From contig OY760074.1 in the NCBI GenBank assembly GCA_963663035.1, forward strand, positions 2,272,001 through 2,336,000: 64,000 bases of DNA, read 5' to 3'. The notes under the pieces were generated by a model. That model worked only from the letters and a program-made list of their open reading frames with translations. It was not told the DNA's origin and made no database searches. Below, in pieces: positions 49,101 through 58,130 of the stretch. The first letter of the stretch is position 1. Each line of letters opens with the position of its first letter. Source of the stretch: Acidobacteriota bacterium (GTDB lineage: Bacteria; Acidobacteriota; UBA6911; RPQK01; JADFOI01). The translations under genes and the position numbers were made by a program.

Positions 49101-50057
49101 ATGTCATTACTAGTTCTGTCATCGGACCGTGAGCCGCTCATGGAAGAAGAACGTTCACAGGACGGGGGACTCCTTGCACGAATTGGCAACACTCCTCTCG
49201 TAGAACTTCAAAGGATCTTTCACTCCCCAAGGATCCGCATCTTCGCCAAGCTGGAATGGTTTAACCCGGGGGGCTCGGTGAAGGATCGTGCCGCTTACTC
49301 CATGATCCGAAAAGGAGAGAAAACAGGAGAACTTGGCCCGGGCAAAGTGATTATCGATTCCACCAGCGGCAATACCGGCATTGCCTATGCTTTGATCGCT
49401 GCAACAAAGGGATATAAGCTCTTGCTGGCCCTTCCCTCCAATGCCAGCCTGGAGAGAAAAAAGACCCTGGAAGCTTACGGGGTCGAACTCTTGTTAACGG
49501 ACCCCCTGGAAGGATCCGATGGCTCCATACGGGCCATTCAGGAACTGTACCAGAAATCTCCCGAAAAATATTTCTATCCCGACCAGTACAGCAATGATGC
49601 CAACTGGGAAGCACATTACGATACGACAGCCCCGGAAATCTATGAGGGAACGCACCAGGAGATCACACACTTTGTGGCCGGCCTGGGAACTGGCGGCACT
49701 TTTATGGGCACAACCAGAGGACTGCGGAAAATGAGTCCTGAAATCCAGGCCATTTCCTTTATGCCCAACTCCCCGCTTCACGGGCTGGAAGGGCTCAAAC
49801 ACATGCCCACATCCATAGTTCCAAGTATCTATGATCCCAGTCTGGCCGATGAAAATCTCGAGATTTCCACAGAAGAGTCACAGGAAATGCTCATCCGGTT
49901 GGCTCGGGAAGAGGGCCTTTTCGCCGGCCTGTCCTCCGGTGCAGCCATGGTCGCGGCACTGAAGGTGGCCAAGAACATTGATCGCGGGACCATCGTCACC
50001 GTTTTCCCAGACGGTGGAGACAAGTATCTCTCCGAGGAGTTTTGGAACAGACAGTGA
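49101..50057 (+). CDS. cysM: PLP-dependent cysteine synthase (CysM type)
   Basis: 'IGNTPLV', 'NPGGSVKDR', 'STSGNTG', GLGTGGT, 'GLSSGA'; GGAG SD before ATG 49101. Confidence 0.93.
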   Translation: MSLLVLSSDREPLMEEERSQDGGLLARIGNTPLVELQRIFHSPRIRIFAKLEWFNPGGSVKDRAAYSMIRKGEKTGELGPGKVIIDSTSGNTGIAYALIAATKGYKLLLALPSNASLERKKTLEAYGVELLLTDPLEGSDGSIRAIQELYQKSPEKYFYPDQYSNDANWEAHYDTTAPEIYEGTHQEITHFVAGLGTGGTFMGTTRGLRKMSPEIQAISFMPNSPLHGLEGLKHMPTSIVPSIYDPSLADENLEISTEESQEMLIRLAREEGLFAGLSSGAAMVAALKVAKNIDRGTIVTVFPDGGDKYLSEEFWNRQ

Positions 50058-50473
50058 TCCGACTGAAGTCCAAGGATATCGAGGAAATCAAACGGATTTC
50101 CCAGGAAACCTATCCTCACGAATGTTGCGGCCTGATGGTGGGATCAGTGGAAAATGGCGTGAAAACTGTCACCGAGTGCATTCCCGCAGAGAATCAGCGC
50201 AGCGACAGTCCGGCCAATCGGTATCTCATTTCTTCAGAGTTACTCAATGAGGTAGAGGAGAAGCTGAAAGACACTGGTTTTGCCATCCTGGGGTTTTTCC
50301 ACAGCCATCCGGATGTCCCGGCTCAACCCTCAGCCTACGATCAGGAACATGCCTGGCCCTGGTATTCCTATCTGATCGTTTCCGTACTCAAAGGCAGAGC
50401 CGAGGAATTCCATAACTGGAGACTGAGAGATGATCGCTCTGCTTTTGATCCAGAGAAGGTGGAACTCTTATAA
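50042..50473 (+). CDS. mec: JAMM/Mov34 metalloprotease (Mec, CysO-cysteine peptidase-like)
   Basis: 'YPHECCG' and FHSHPD..PSAYD JAMM motif. Confidence 0.85.
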   Translation: MEQTVIRLKSKDIEEIKRISQETYPHECCGLMVGSVENGVKTVTECIPAENQRSDSPANRYLISSELLNEVEEKLKDTGFAILGFFHSHPDVPAQPSAYDQEHAWPWYSYLIVSVLKGRAEEFHNWRLRDDRSAFDPEKVELL

Positions 50474-50513
50474 ACTAACTTGAGAATCAGCAGAAGATAA
50501 CCAGGAGGCCACA

Positions 50514-50798
50514 ATGGCAGCAACTATTTATATTCCAACCCCATTGAGATCCTACACCGGTAATCAAGAGTCTTTGGAACTGGAAGGAAACACGGTTGGG
50601 GAAGTCTTAAAGAATCTGGCCCAGCAGTATGGAGATCTGAAGAAACACCTGTTCGATGAAGAGGGGAAACTCAGGAATTTCGTCAACATCTATGTCAACG
50701 ACGAAGACATCCGTTACCTCAAGCATGAAGATACGCCCATCAAGGACAAGGACACCATCAGCATCGTCCCCTCCATCGCAGGCGGATTGATATCCTAA
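50514..50798 (+). CDS. cysO: Ubiquitin-like sulfur carrier protein (CysO/MoaD/ThiS family)
   Basis: 'IPTPLRSYT', 'FVNIYVNDEDIRYL', 'IVPSIAGG' followed by a 3-residue extension (LIS). Confidence 0.85.
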   Translation: MAATIYIPTPLRSYTGNQESLELEGNTVGEVLKNLAQQYGDLKKHLFDEEGKLRNFVNIYVNDEDIRYLKHEDTPIKDKDTISIVPSIAGGLIS

Positions 50799-50995
50799 CC
50801 GAAAGCTCCTAGCCCGCCTGGCGAATCCACCGACCTTCTCTTGAGCCGCTTTCCAGGAGACTGTCTCCTGAGAGCGGCCGCTACCACTCCGGCATCCGTC
50901 CTTTCCCAAGGTCCCGCACTCCTAGAATCACATTTCCCTTCGCAGTTCTTGCTGACTGGATCGTTATAGAGGACAAGAGGAATGGGGAGAAGACC

Positions 50996-52549
50996 ATGCT
51001 GTTAAAAGTTCAGAGTGCTTCGGTCTTGGGAGTTGAAGCACAGATTATCGACATTGAGGTGGATCTTTCACTTCGTCGGGGACGCAAGTATCACGTTGTA
51101 GGGCTTCCCGACACGGCGGTCAAAGAGAGTGGAGAGCGGGTACGGGCGGCCATCCAAAACTGTGGCTACGAGTATCCCCATCTGGGCTGTATTACCGTCA
51201 ACCTGGCACCGGCCGACTTCAAAAAGGAGGGCAGTTGCTATGATCTCCCCATTGCCCTGGCCGTACTGGGACTCGGTGGAGCCCTGGAACCCGAACACGT
51301 TCGAGATTGGCTGATCCTGGGAGAGCTCTCTTTGGACGGGCGAGTTCGACCCATCCGCGGGGCACTGCCGGTGGCTTTACACGCCAGTCGGAAAAAATTC
51401 AGCAAACTTCTGCTACCGGTAGACAATACCCGGGAGGCTGCGGTCGTGGGCGGGGTGGACATTTACCCCGCCTTTACCCTTCCACAAGTCATACAGTTGC
51501 TCAATGGAGGATCTGCCAAGTACCCACCTATCAAAGTGAAGCACTGCGACTTGTTCAAGGAGCAGACCACGGGGCGGCTGGATTTTATCGATGTGAAGGG
51601 ACAGGAAGCCGCCAAGCGTGCCCTGGAGATGGCTTGTGCCGGAGGTCACAACCTGTTGATGATCGGCCCTCCCGGCGCTGGCAAAACCATGCTGGCCAAA
51701 TGCATTCCATCCATACTGCCGGAAATGAGTTTTGAGGAGGCCCTGGAAACTACGGCTATTCACAGTGTGTGTGGGCTCCTCAAAGGGAAGCAACCGTTCT
51801 TGACCCACCGCCCTTTCCGTGCACCCCATCACACCATCAGCAGCGCCGGGTTGGTGGGAGGTAGTTCCATTCCTCGTCCCGGTGAAGTTTCTCTGGCCCA
51901 CAATGGCGTGCTCTTCTTAGACGAGCTTCCGGAATTTCATCGCCATGTGCTGGAGGTGCTGCGCCAGCCGCTGGAAGAGAGTGAAATCACCATTAGCCGG
52001 GCATTACGCACTCTGACTTTCCCAGCCCGATTTATGCTGGCTGCGGCCATGAACCCTTGCCCCTGCGGATATTGGAACTCGGTCCTGAAGGAATGTGTGT
52101 GCACGCCTCCCCAGATTCAGCACTACCTATCCAAGATTTCAGGTCCTCTCCTGGACCGGATCGATCTCCATATCGACGTCCCGGAAGTCCACTACAAGGA
52201 ACTCATCAAGGATCCCGCTGGAGAATCATCCAAGGTCATTGCACAACGCGTGAGCAAGGCATGTCAGGTTCAGCTGCGGCGCTTTCGCTCCAGCAAGCCC
52301 TCGATCTTCTGCAATGCTCAGATGGGACCGGCCCAGATCCGCAAGTACTGTGCCTTGGAAGACCACATCAAGAAACTCCTGGAAAGCGCTATTCAAAAGC
52401 TCGGCTTTTCGGCCCGTGCCTACCACCGGATTCTCAAGATGGCCCGCACCATCGCTGACCTGGGAGACTCAAAGGAGATCTCCTCTGAGCACGTCTCCGA
52501 GGCCATCCAGTACCGATCCCTGGATCGCAACTTCTGGAAAGATTTCTAG
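50996..52549 (+). CDS. comM: YifB/ComM Mg-chelatase-like AAA+ ATPase
   Basis: 'VGLPDTAVKES', 'NLAPAD', GPPGAGKT, 'PGEVSLAHNGVLFLDE', 'MNPCPCG', 'SARAYHRILK'. Confidence 0.96.
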   Translation: MLLKVQSASVLGVEAQIIDIEVDLSLRRGRKYHVVGLPDTAVKESGERVRAAIQNCGYEYPHLGCITVNLAPADFKKEGSCYDLPIALAVLGLGGALEPEHVRDWLILGELSLDGRVRPIRGALPVALHASRKKFSKLLLPVDNTREAAVVGGVDIYPAFTLPQVIQLLNGGSAKYPPIKVKHCDLFKEQTTGRLDFIDVKGQEAAKRALEMACAGGHNLLMIGPPGAGKTMLAKCIPSILPEMSFEEALETTAIHSVCGLLKGKQPFLTHRPFRAPHHTISSAGLVGGSSIPRPGEVSLAHNGVLFLDELPEFHRHVLEVLRQPLEESEITISRALRTLTFPARFMLAAAMNPCPCGYWNSVLKECVCTPPQIQHYLSKISGPLLDRIDLHIDVPEVHYKELIKDPAGESSKVIAQRVSKACQVQLRRFRSSKPSIFCNAQMGPAQIRKYCALEDHIKKLLESAIQKLGFSARAYHRILKMARTIADLGDSKEISSEHVSEAIQYRSLDRNFWKDF

Positions 52550-52558
52550 TCGGGCGTC
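52508..52558 (+). repeat. Left copy of direct repeat (comM 3' end plus 12 bp); right copy at 53439-53502
   Basis: 42 bp match 53439-53480 with 2 synonymous changes; TAGTCGGGCGTC is repeated at 53491-53502. Confidence 0.9.
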
Positions 52559-52567
52559 GGTCTTTTC

Positions 52568-53427
52568 GGTGACACGCACGTAATTGACCAAAATGCTCCC
52601 ATAAATCAGCGAGTTGACAAGAGTCTGGCACCAATTGAGACCTCTACGACGGCAAGGGAACTTCAGAAAGGTAGGAAATATGCCTCGACGGCCACGAATT
52701 ATTCTTCCCGGCTTTCCCCACCACATCACTCATCGAGGAAACCGGAGGGAAGCGATTTTCCAGAAGGAAGAAGACCGAACCTTCTATTTGGGACACCTTC
52801 AGGAATATTCACAGCTGCATAGGATTCGAGTTTACTCTTATTGCCTGATGACGAACCACATTCACCTTATTGTTGTTCCGGAAACGAAACCTGGCCCTTC
52901 TCGGTGTTTGCACGACCTGCACGGTCGTTACGCCGCCTATTTCAACCAGCAATACAGTCTCAATGGTCACCTTTGGCAAGAGCGATTTTATGCCTGTGCA
53001 CTCGACAATGAACATCTTTGGAATGCGATTCGTTATGTAGAACTAAACCCAGTGCGTGCGAGGATAGTGCCAGTTGCCGAAGACTATCCATGGTCCAGTG
53101 CCGCCGCCCACTGCGGATTGAAGTCAGATCCGATTCTCGACAGACAATTCCCTCCTGAAGTCTTGCGCCAAGCTTGGAGTGACTGGCTTGCCAAGGGCCT
53201 TCCTGAGGACAATCTGGAGCACATCCGACAGGCCACCTGGAAAGGAATACCTTGTAGTTCGGATTCGTTTTTGCGTCAGGTCGAAACAATGTTGGGCATT
53301 CCCTTGTTACCAAGAAGACCTGGCCGGCAGCCCGGTAACGATCTGCCTGGGTGAGACAATTCCGTGCCAGACCTCACTCAAGTCCCTCATTTACAGGAAC
53401 AATTTCGGGAATTACGAGCGTGTCACC
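52568..53427 (+). mobile_element. Y1 (RAYT/IS200-like) transposase cassette bounded by ~70-bp imperfect inverted repeats
   Basis: GGTGACACGCACGTAATT..GTCTGGCAC (52568-52631) vs GTGCCAGAC..AATTACGAGCGTGTCACC (53364-53427). Confidence 0.75.
52680..53354 (+). CDS. HUH Y1 transposase, REP-associated tyrosine transposase-like
   Basis: 'MPRRPR..HHITHRGN', 'YCLMTNHIHL' (HUH), 'GHLWQERF', 'YVELNPVRA', 'YPWSS'. Confidence 0.9.
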   Translation: MPRRPRIILPGFPHHITHRGNRREAIFQKEEDRTFYLGHLQEYSQLHRIRVYSYCLMTNHIHLIVVPETKPGPSRCLHDLHGRYAAYFNQQYSLNGHLWQERFYACALDNEHLWNAIRYVELNPVRARIVPVAEDYPWSSAAAHCGLKSDPILDRQFPPEVLRQAWSDWLAKGLPEDNLEHIRQATWKGIPCSSDSFLRQVETMLGIPLLPRRPGRQPGNDLPG

Positions 53428-53489
53428 CATTTCCATTTCAGTACCGATCCCTGGATCGCAACTTCTGGAAAGACTTCTAATTTCTTTCT

Positions 53490-55973
53490 TTAGTCGGGCG
53501 TCAAGATCTGGCGGAAGCCAAGGTTCACGATGTCTCGGAAGCGGGGAGTCCCCGGCGGGAGTTTGGAGACATCGAGAAATTCTGTGTCAAACTCGAAATC
53601 GCGGGTCGGAGCTGAGTAAACGGAATAGGGATACTTAAAGATGCCCGTTGCGTACTCGGAATAATACAAGCTCACCAAGGACCCTTTGTAATGGAAGGTT
53701 CTGCTCGTCCAGCGTTCCAGCATACGCAGGAAGTTGTGAGTTCCTCCATCGAGTCCATAGTGCTGGTTACTGGCCCACGATTCCGGGTAGGGCCAGGCGA
53801 TATTTTTTCCCGCAGCAACTGCCACGCGAAAGTAGGAAGTTGCCGCTCGGCGAGCACTTGATCCCTTATAGGTGGGATAACGGAAACTGCGCCAGTCCTC
53901 CCAGTTCTTGGAGAGAAAGGTGGCCGCATCGGCGATGACGGCCGCAGCGGCATGGGGGTCTCCGTATCCGGCACTATCAGCATTGTAGTTGCCCAAGACG
54001 TAGACGGAATTCTCACTGGCCACAGTGAAACCACCGCTACCGTCTGGTTCGGTGGGCAAGTTGCCCAGGGAACCATTGACCAGCTTGAGCCCATGACGAG
54101 GCCCGCTGACGCGATTCTTGCGGCCGATTGTATTGCAGTTGATTCGGATAGTGGGGTCTCCATTGGCTACGCCAAAGGCATCTCCAAGGTGATCGGCGCC
54201 GTAGGTATCCAGCACACCGTTATCGTTCACATCTTCGGGAATCGCGAGGTTACCATCGGGAGCTCCCGATGAGACAGACGGGTTAATCGTGTCTTCAAAC
54301 CCATAGTCGCCGACGATGACCCCACCAGGATTGGGCGACATGCCCCGACGGTCAGAGAAATAAAAGAGATAGCCATTTTGAGAAGCGCTTTCTGTGCTGG
54401 TGCCGGTAGTGCCGGTATCGCCCAGGAGCCACCGCTTCAGGTTGCCCACGTCCAGCTCAACAATATTCATAACACCGCCGATGGCGCAGCTGGTGCTTCC
54501 ACTTCCCAGACTGATATCCCGCACCTCTCCTTCCCGCGTATCATAGAGACCCAGTGGGAGAAGCCTGCTGGGTTCATCCAGGTCGCCGATGACATAATCG
54601 GGTGTTCCATTGCCATCGTTGTCCTTCAGTTGTTGGAACTTCAAAACGGCGTCCGGGTTCTCGCGGGCTATACCAAGATTGAGCCATTCCATCGTGACAT
54701 CCACGTAACTGCCATCGGGTCTGCGAGTCTCGACAAGCAGGTACCCATCGACAAGCGGCCAGGACTGGCCACCTGGCACACCCGGTGGCAAAACAAAGTC
54801 GCTGTCCCACAATTCTTTTCCTTCCGCAAAGGCCGTGTCGGTATCTCCATACATCCCACCAGTGTAGTAGGGATCAACGTTGGCCAGCCGGATCCCTCCG
54901 CCCCCGGGATGCTGGCCTGGATCATCGCTGACGAACACACGAATCTGGGCCAAATTGTAAAGACGCGACCCGCCGATCAAAGAAGTTGGGTCCTCGGCTA
55001 GGGATGGTCGGCGAATCAGCTCAATCGGACGCACCCCGGTCGCAACAAAGGGAAGCTCCATGGGCTTGGCTCCGGTGGCACCGTTGAGAATAAATCCATT
55101 GTAAGCAGTCAAGGAGAGATTCGACCAATCTGGGTTGTCAGGACTGCTCGGCCCGGCCAGCTTACTTCCCTCGTTTTCTTGTAAATCCCGGCAGAGGGGT
55201 GCTCCTCCGTCGCAGCCTCCGGGAGCGGTGGGAATCAAAACGGGCTTATTCCGACCGAGAGAGACAACGTCCAGCCCATTCACCATCTCAGCCCTTATGA
55301 CTTCTCCTACAGTGGTGACTTTGGAGTGGAAAACAAGCCCAGAGGGATTAGAAGAACACAAAAAGAGGTTGCCGTTGCAGTGGACGCGACCGGAAAAGTT
55401 AAACCCCGGGCCTGGATGGTAGGCTAAGTCGGTTCCAGAAAAAACACCAAACTGAAAAACCGGGATCAGCGCCACCTCAATCTCACGCTCCATCTTTACC
55501 TCGGCCCCTCTCGGCCCACGAGCTGTCACCGCTAGGGTCAAGGGAACGATGTAAGCCGTCAGTCCTTCATTGGGCCCGGCACTGATCGATCGAGTTTCAG
55601 TGATGGGTTCTCCATCGACGTTCGGGACCGTGAACCGGTAGGCTGGGTAGGTGATTTCCGAAAGGACGGGCTGATAAGCGGGATCGCTCAACCCCTGGAT
55701 GTCGGCAACCGTAGGAGCCAATAGTGACGTGTACATCGCACTGAGGTCGGACATCATCTTTTCCATGGCCGCCTCAGCGCCGTAGAAAGCCTGAGTATTT
55801 TCCAGATCCGTTGCTACCAGGCGGGTCTCCATGTTGACCAGATACATTGTTCCTACTGAGAACCCGGCCAGCAGCGTAACGATCAGCAGGACTGAGGCCA
55901 GGGCGAATCCTCTCGAGGAATGGGTTAAGGTGCGATGCATAAGCTTCTTCTCCTGTCCTTCTTGTCTCTTCAT
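53490..55973 (-). CDS. Large PilX N-terminal-domain protein (type IV pilus-associated)
   Basis: Prepilin-like 'RGFALASVLLIV' and 'AFYGAEAAME'; C-terminal 'GGTHNFLRMLE.W..YSAPTRDFEFD..LPPGTP'. Confidence 0.7.
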   Translation of the reverse strand: MKRQEGQEKKLMHRTLTHSSRGFALASVLLIVTLLAGFSVGTMYLVNMETRLVATDLENTQAFYGAEAAMEKMMSDLSAMYTSLLAPTVADIQGLSDPAYQPVLSEITYPAYRFTVPNVDGEPITETRSISAGPNEGLTAYIVPLTLAVTARGPRGAEVKMEREIEVALIPVFQFGVFSGTDLAYHPGPGFNFSGRVHCNGNLFLCSSNPSGLVFHSKVTTVGEVIRAEMVNGLDVVSLGRNKPVLIPTAPGGCDGGAPLCRDLQENEGSKLAGPSSPDNPDWSNLSLTAYNGFILNGATGAKPMELPFVATGVRPIELIRRPSLAEDPTSLIGGSRLYNLAQIRVFVSDDPGQHPGGGGIRLANVDPYYTGGMYGDTDTAFAEGKELWDSDFVLPPGVPGGQSWPLVDGYLLVETRRPDGSYVDVTMEWLNLGIARENPDAVLKFQQLKDNDGNGTPDYVIGDLDEPSRLLPLGLYDTREGEVRDISLGSGSTSCAIGGVMNIVELDVGNLKRWLLGDTGTTGTSTESASQNGYLFYFSDRRGMSPNPGGVIVGDYGFEDTINPSVSSGAPDGNLAIPEDVNDNGVLDTYGADHLGDAFGVANGDPTIRINCNTIGRKNRVSGPRHGLKLVNGSLGNLPTEPDGSGGFTVASENSVYVLGNYNADSAGYGDPHAAAAVIADAATFLSKNWEDWRSFRYPTYKGSSARRAATSYFRVAVAAGKNIAWPYPESWASNQHYGLDGGTHNFLRMLERWTSRTFHYKGSLVSLYYSEYATGIFKYPYSVYSAPTRDFEFDTEFLDVSKLPPGTPRFRDIVNLGFRQILTPD

Positions 55974-56007
55974 TCGTAGCGGTCTCTATAGGTTAAGTTG
56001 CGAGGAC

Positions 56008-57274
56008 TGACCTTGCCCCCTAAAACGAGTCCAGTTTGAATGTTAGGATTTCCGGTTTAGGAAGGAGGCAAGGATGGCAGGGAAGCGGTTTAGGGCAGAA
56101 CAGATCATCATGAAGCTGCGTGAGGCAGAGGTGGGTCTGGCCCAAGGACAGAGGGTGGGACAGGTGTCGAAGCAGATGGGGGTGAGCGAGCAGACCTACT
56201 ACCGGTGGCGCAAAGAGTACGGAGGGCTCCGGTTGGACCAGGCCAAGAGGTTGAAGGTGTTGGAGAAGGAGAATACCCGGTTGAAGAAGCTGGTGGCGGA
56301 TCTGTCTTTGGACAAGCAGATCCTGAAGGAAGTGTCCTCGGGAAACTTCTAGGCCCGGCGAACAGGAGACGAGCGGTGATGTGGGTACGAGAGCGATTAG
56401 GAGCAGAGCGAGTCTCCGAACGTCGGGCCTGCCAAGTGCTGGGACAGGTTCGATCGACCCAGCGAAGGGAAAGGCAAATTCCCGATGATGAGGCCCGATT
56501 GGTGGCCCGGATGGTGGAGTTGGCTACGCAATACGGGCGTTATGGCTACCGGCGGGTCACGGCGATACTTCATGGGGAAGGGTGGAAGGTGAATCCTAAG
56601 CGGGTGGAGAGGCTGTGGAGACAAGAAGGGCTGAAAGTCCCGTCCAGACAGCCGAAACGAAGGAGGCTGTGGCTTAATGACGGTTCCTGTGTTCGGTTAC
56701 GAGCGGCTCGCAAGAACCACGTCTGGAGCTATGATTTCGTGCATGAACGGACCCATGATGGGCGAGCCTTTCGGCTATTGACGATCCTGGATGAGTACAC
56801 CAGAGAGTGCCTCGCCATTGATGTGAAACGGCAGATGAATCACCAAGACGTGTTGGACCGGCTGGCGGAGTTATTCGTTGATCGGGGAGTGCCTGAGTTT
56901 ATCCGGTCCGATAACGGATCGGAGTTTACGGCACAGGCGGTCCGGGACTGGCTGCAGGCTGTTGGGGTAAGGACCTTGTACATCGAGCCGGGCAGCCCCT
57001 GGGAGAATGGGTACATTGAGAGTTTCAACGGGAAACTACGGGATGAGCTGCTGAACATGGAGATCTTCGACACGCTGGGGGAAGCCAAGGTGTTGGTAGA
57101 ACGCTGGCGGAGGGATTACAATCAGATCCGGCCTCACAGCGCCTTGGCCTATCGGCCGCCGGCGCCAGAGGCCAAACTACCTAGGTCGCAGGCACTGGAT
57201 CCAATCCCTTGGAGTGGACTTCAAATGGTCCCGGGTCTAGCATAGAGGGTGGACTCGTTCGTGGGGGCAGGTCA
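56008..57274 (+). mobile_element. IS3-family insertion sequence, copy 2 (1267 bp; two substitutions seen vs copy 1)
   Basis: Same TIRs and ORFs as 34689-35955; no target duplication. Confidence 0.95.
56074..57245 (+). CDS. IS3 transposase OrfAB (-1 frameshift at GGGAAAC)
   Basis: orfA 56074-56352 plus orfB with DDE motifs. Confidence 0.93.
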
Positions 57275-57957
57275 AACTCGTCTCCGCCAAAGCGGAAGAT
57301 CCTGAAGCTCTTCCGGAGTCTTTCCCGAAGGAGAATCGCCACGAGCCGGAGGACTCTGCTCCCATAGATGTGCCCATATCGATCGTTGATCTCCTTCAAG
57401 TGGTCCAGATCGACAAAGAGGATGGAAAAGGGATGGCGGTAGCGTCTGGAGCGCTCTATCTCCTCATCCAGGTACAACTCCAAATAGCGCCGGTTATAAG
57501 CCTGGGTGAGATCATCGAAGACGACCTTCTCTTTGAGCGCCAAGTTCTCGGCCCGGAGACGGGCTCGCTCAACACCGCTTCTCAAGGCAAGGTCAAGGGT
57601 CTCTCGTGAGATGGGCTGAGCAAGGTAGAGGTAGGCTCCCCTTTGAAGTGCTTCGCGGCGGGCCTCGGAACTGCTGTCTTTGGCCAGCACGACAACAGAA
57701 ATCCACGGTTGAGCCTTCAAGATCCGATTCAGGAGTTTGTGTCCCTTCGACCGAGACCTCCTGAGATCGAGGAGCAGAACTTCATAGGACTTCTCCTGCA
57801 CCTCTTCGAAGACCATCTCCCCGCTTGTGGTGGCCTCCACCCGATACCCGGTATCGTCCAGGAGATTGACGATTTTCCGGTGAAAGGCCTGTCCCCCGTC
57901 CACAATCAGGATCCCTCCCTTTACACTTTTAAGGAGAGAAACTGGTTTTCGCTTCAT
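57275..57957 (-). pseudogene. Receiver-GGDEF diguanylate cyclase truncated by IS3 right after the GGDEF motif
   Basis: REC-like N-terminus, 'DDLTQAYNRRY', 'DLDHLKEINDRYGH', 'RFGGDEF', then IS sequence. Confidence 0.88.
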
Positions 57958-58130
57958 GGATGAATCCCCACACACTTCAAACAGCACGCTACCCACCAGC
58001 TAGGAGGCCCAGTTGATGGACCGGGGAGAAGAAGTTGGCCGGGTGGGCTTCGGGCTCAACGTCCAGTAGCTTCGCAACCACTAACCATTTAAGCACAAAA
58101 TAATCGCTAGTACCAAGTTTGTTCGGTGGG

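Noticed and set aside
50837-50870. Hairpin downstream of cysO as an ncRNA or terminator
   Set aside because: A stem is present (GCCGCT..CAGGAGAC/GTCTCCTG..AGCGGC) but it has no U-tract and no second copy in the window, so it cannot be assigned.
52508-53502. Prophage or ICE attL/attR in comM
   Set aside because: Under 1 kb lies between the repeats and no tyrosine/serine integrase or phage gene is present; kept only as the transposase-cassette finding.
35956-56007. Composite transposon carrying accessory cargo
   Set aside because: The cargo is largely housekeeping (hemE, hemY, cysM, comM) and the outer flanks show no target duplication.
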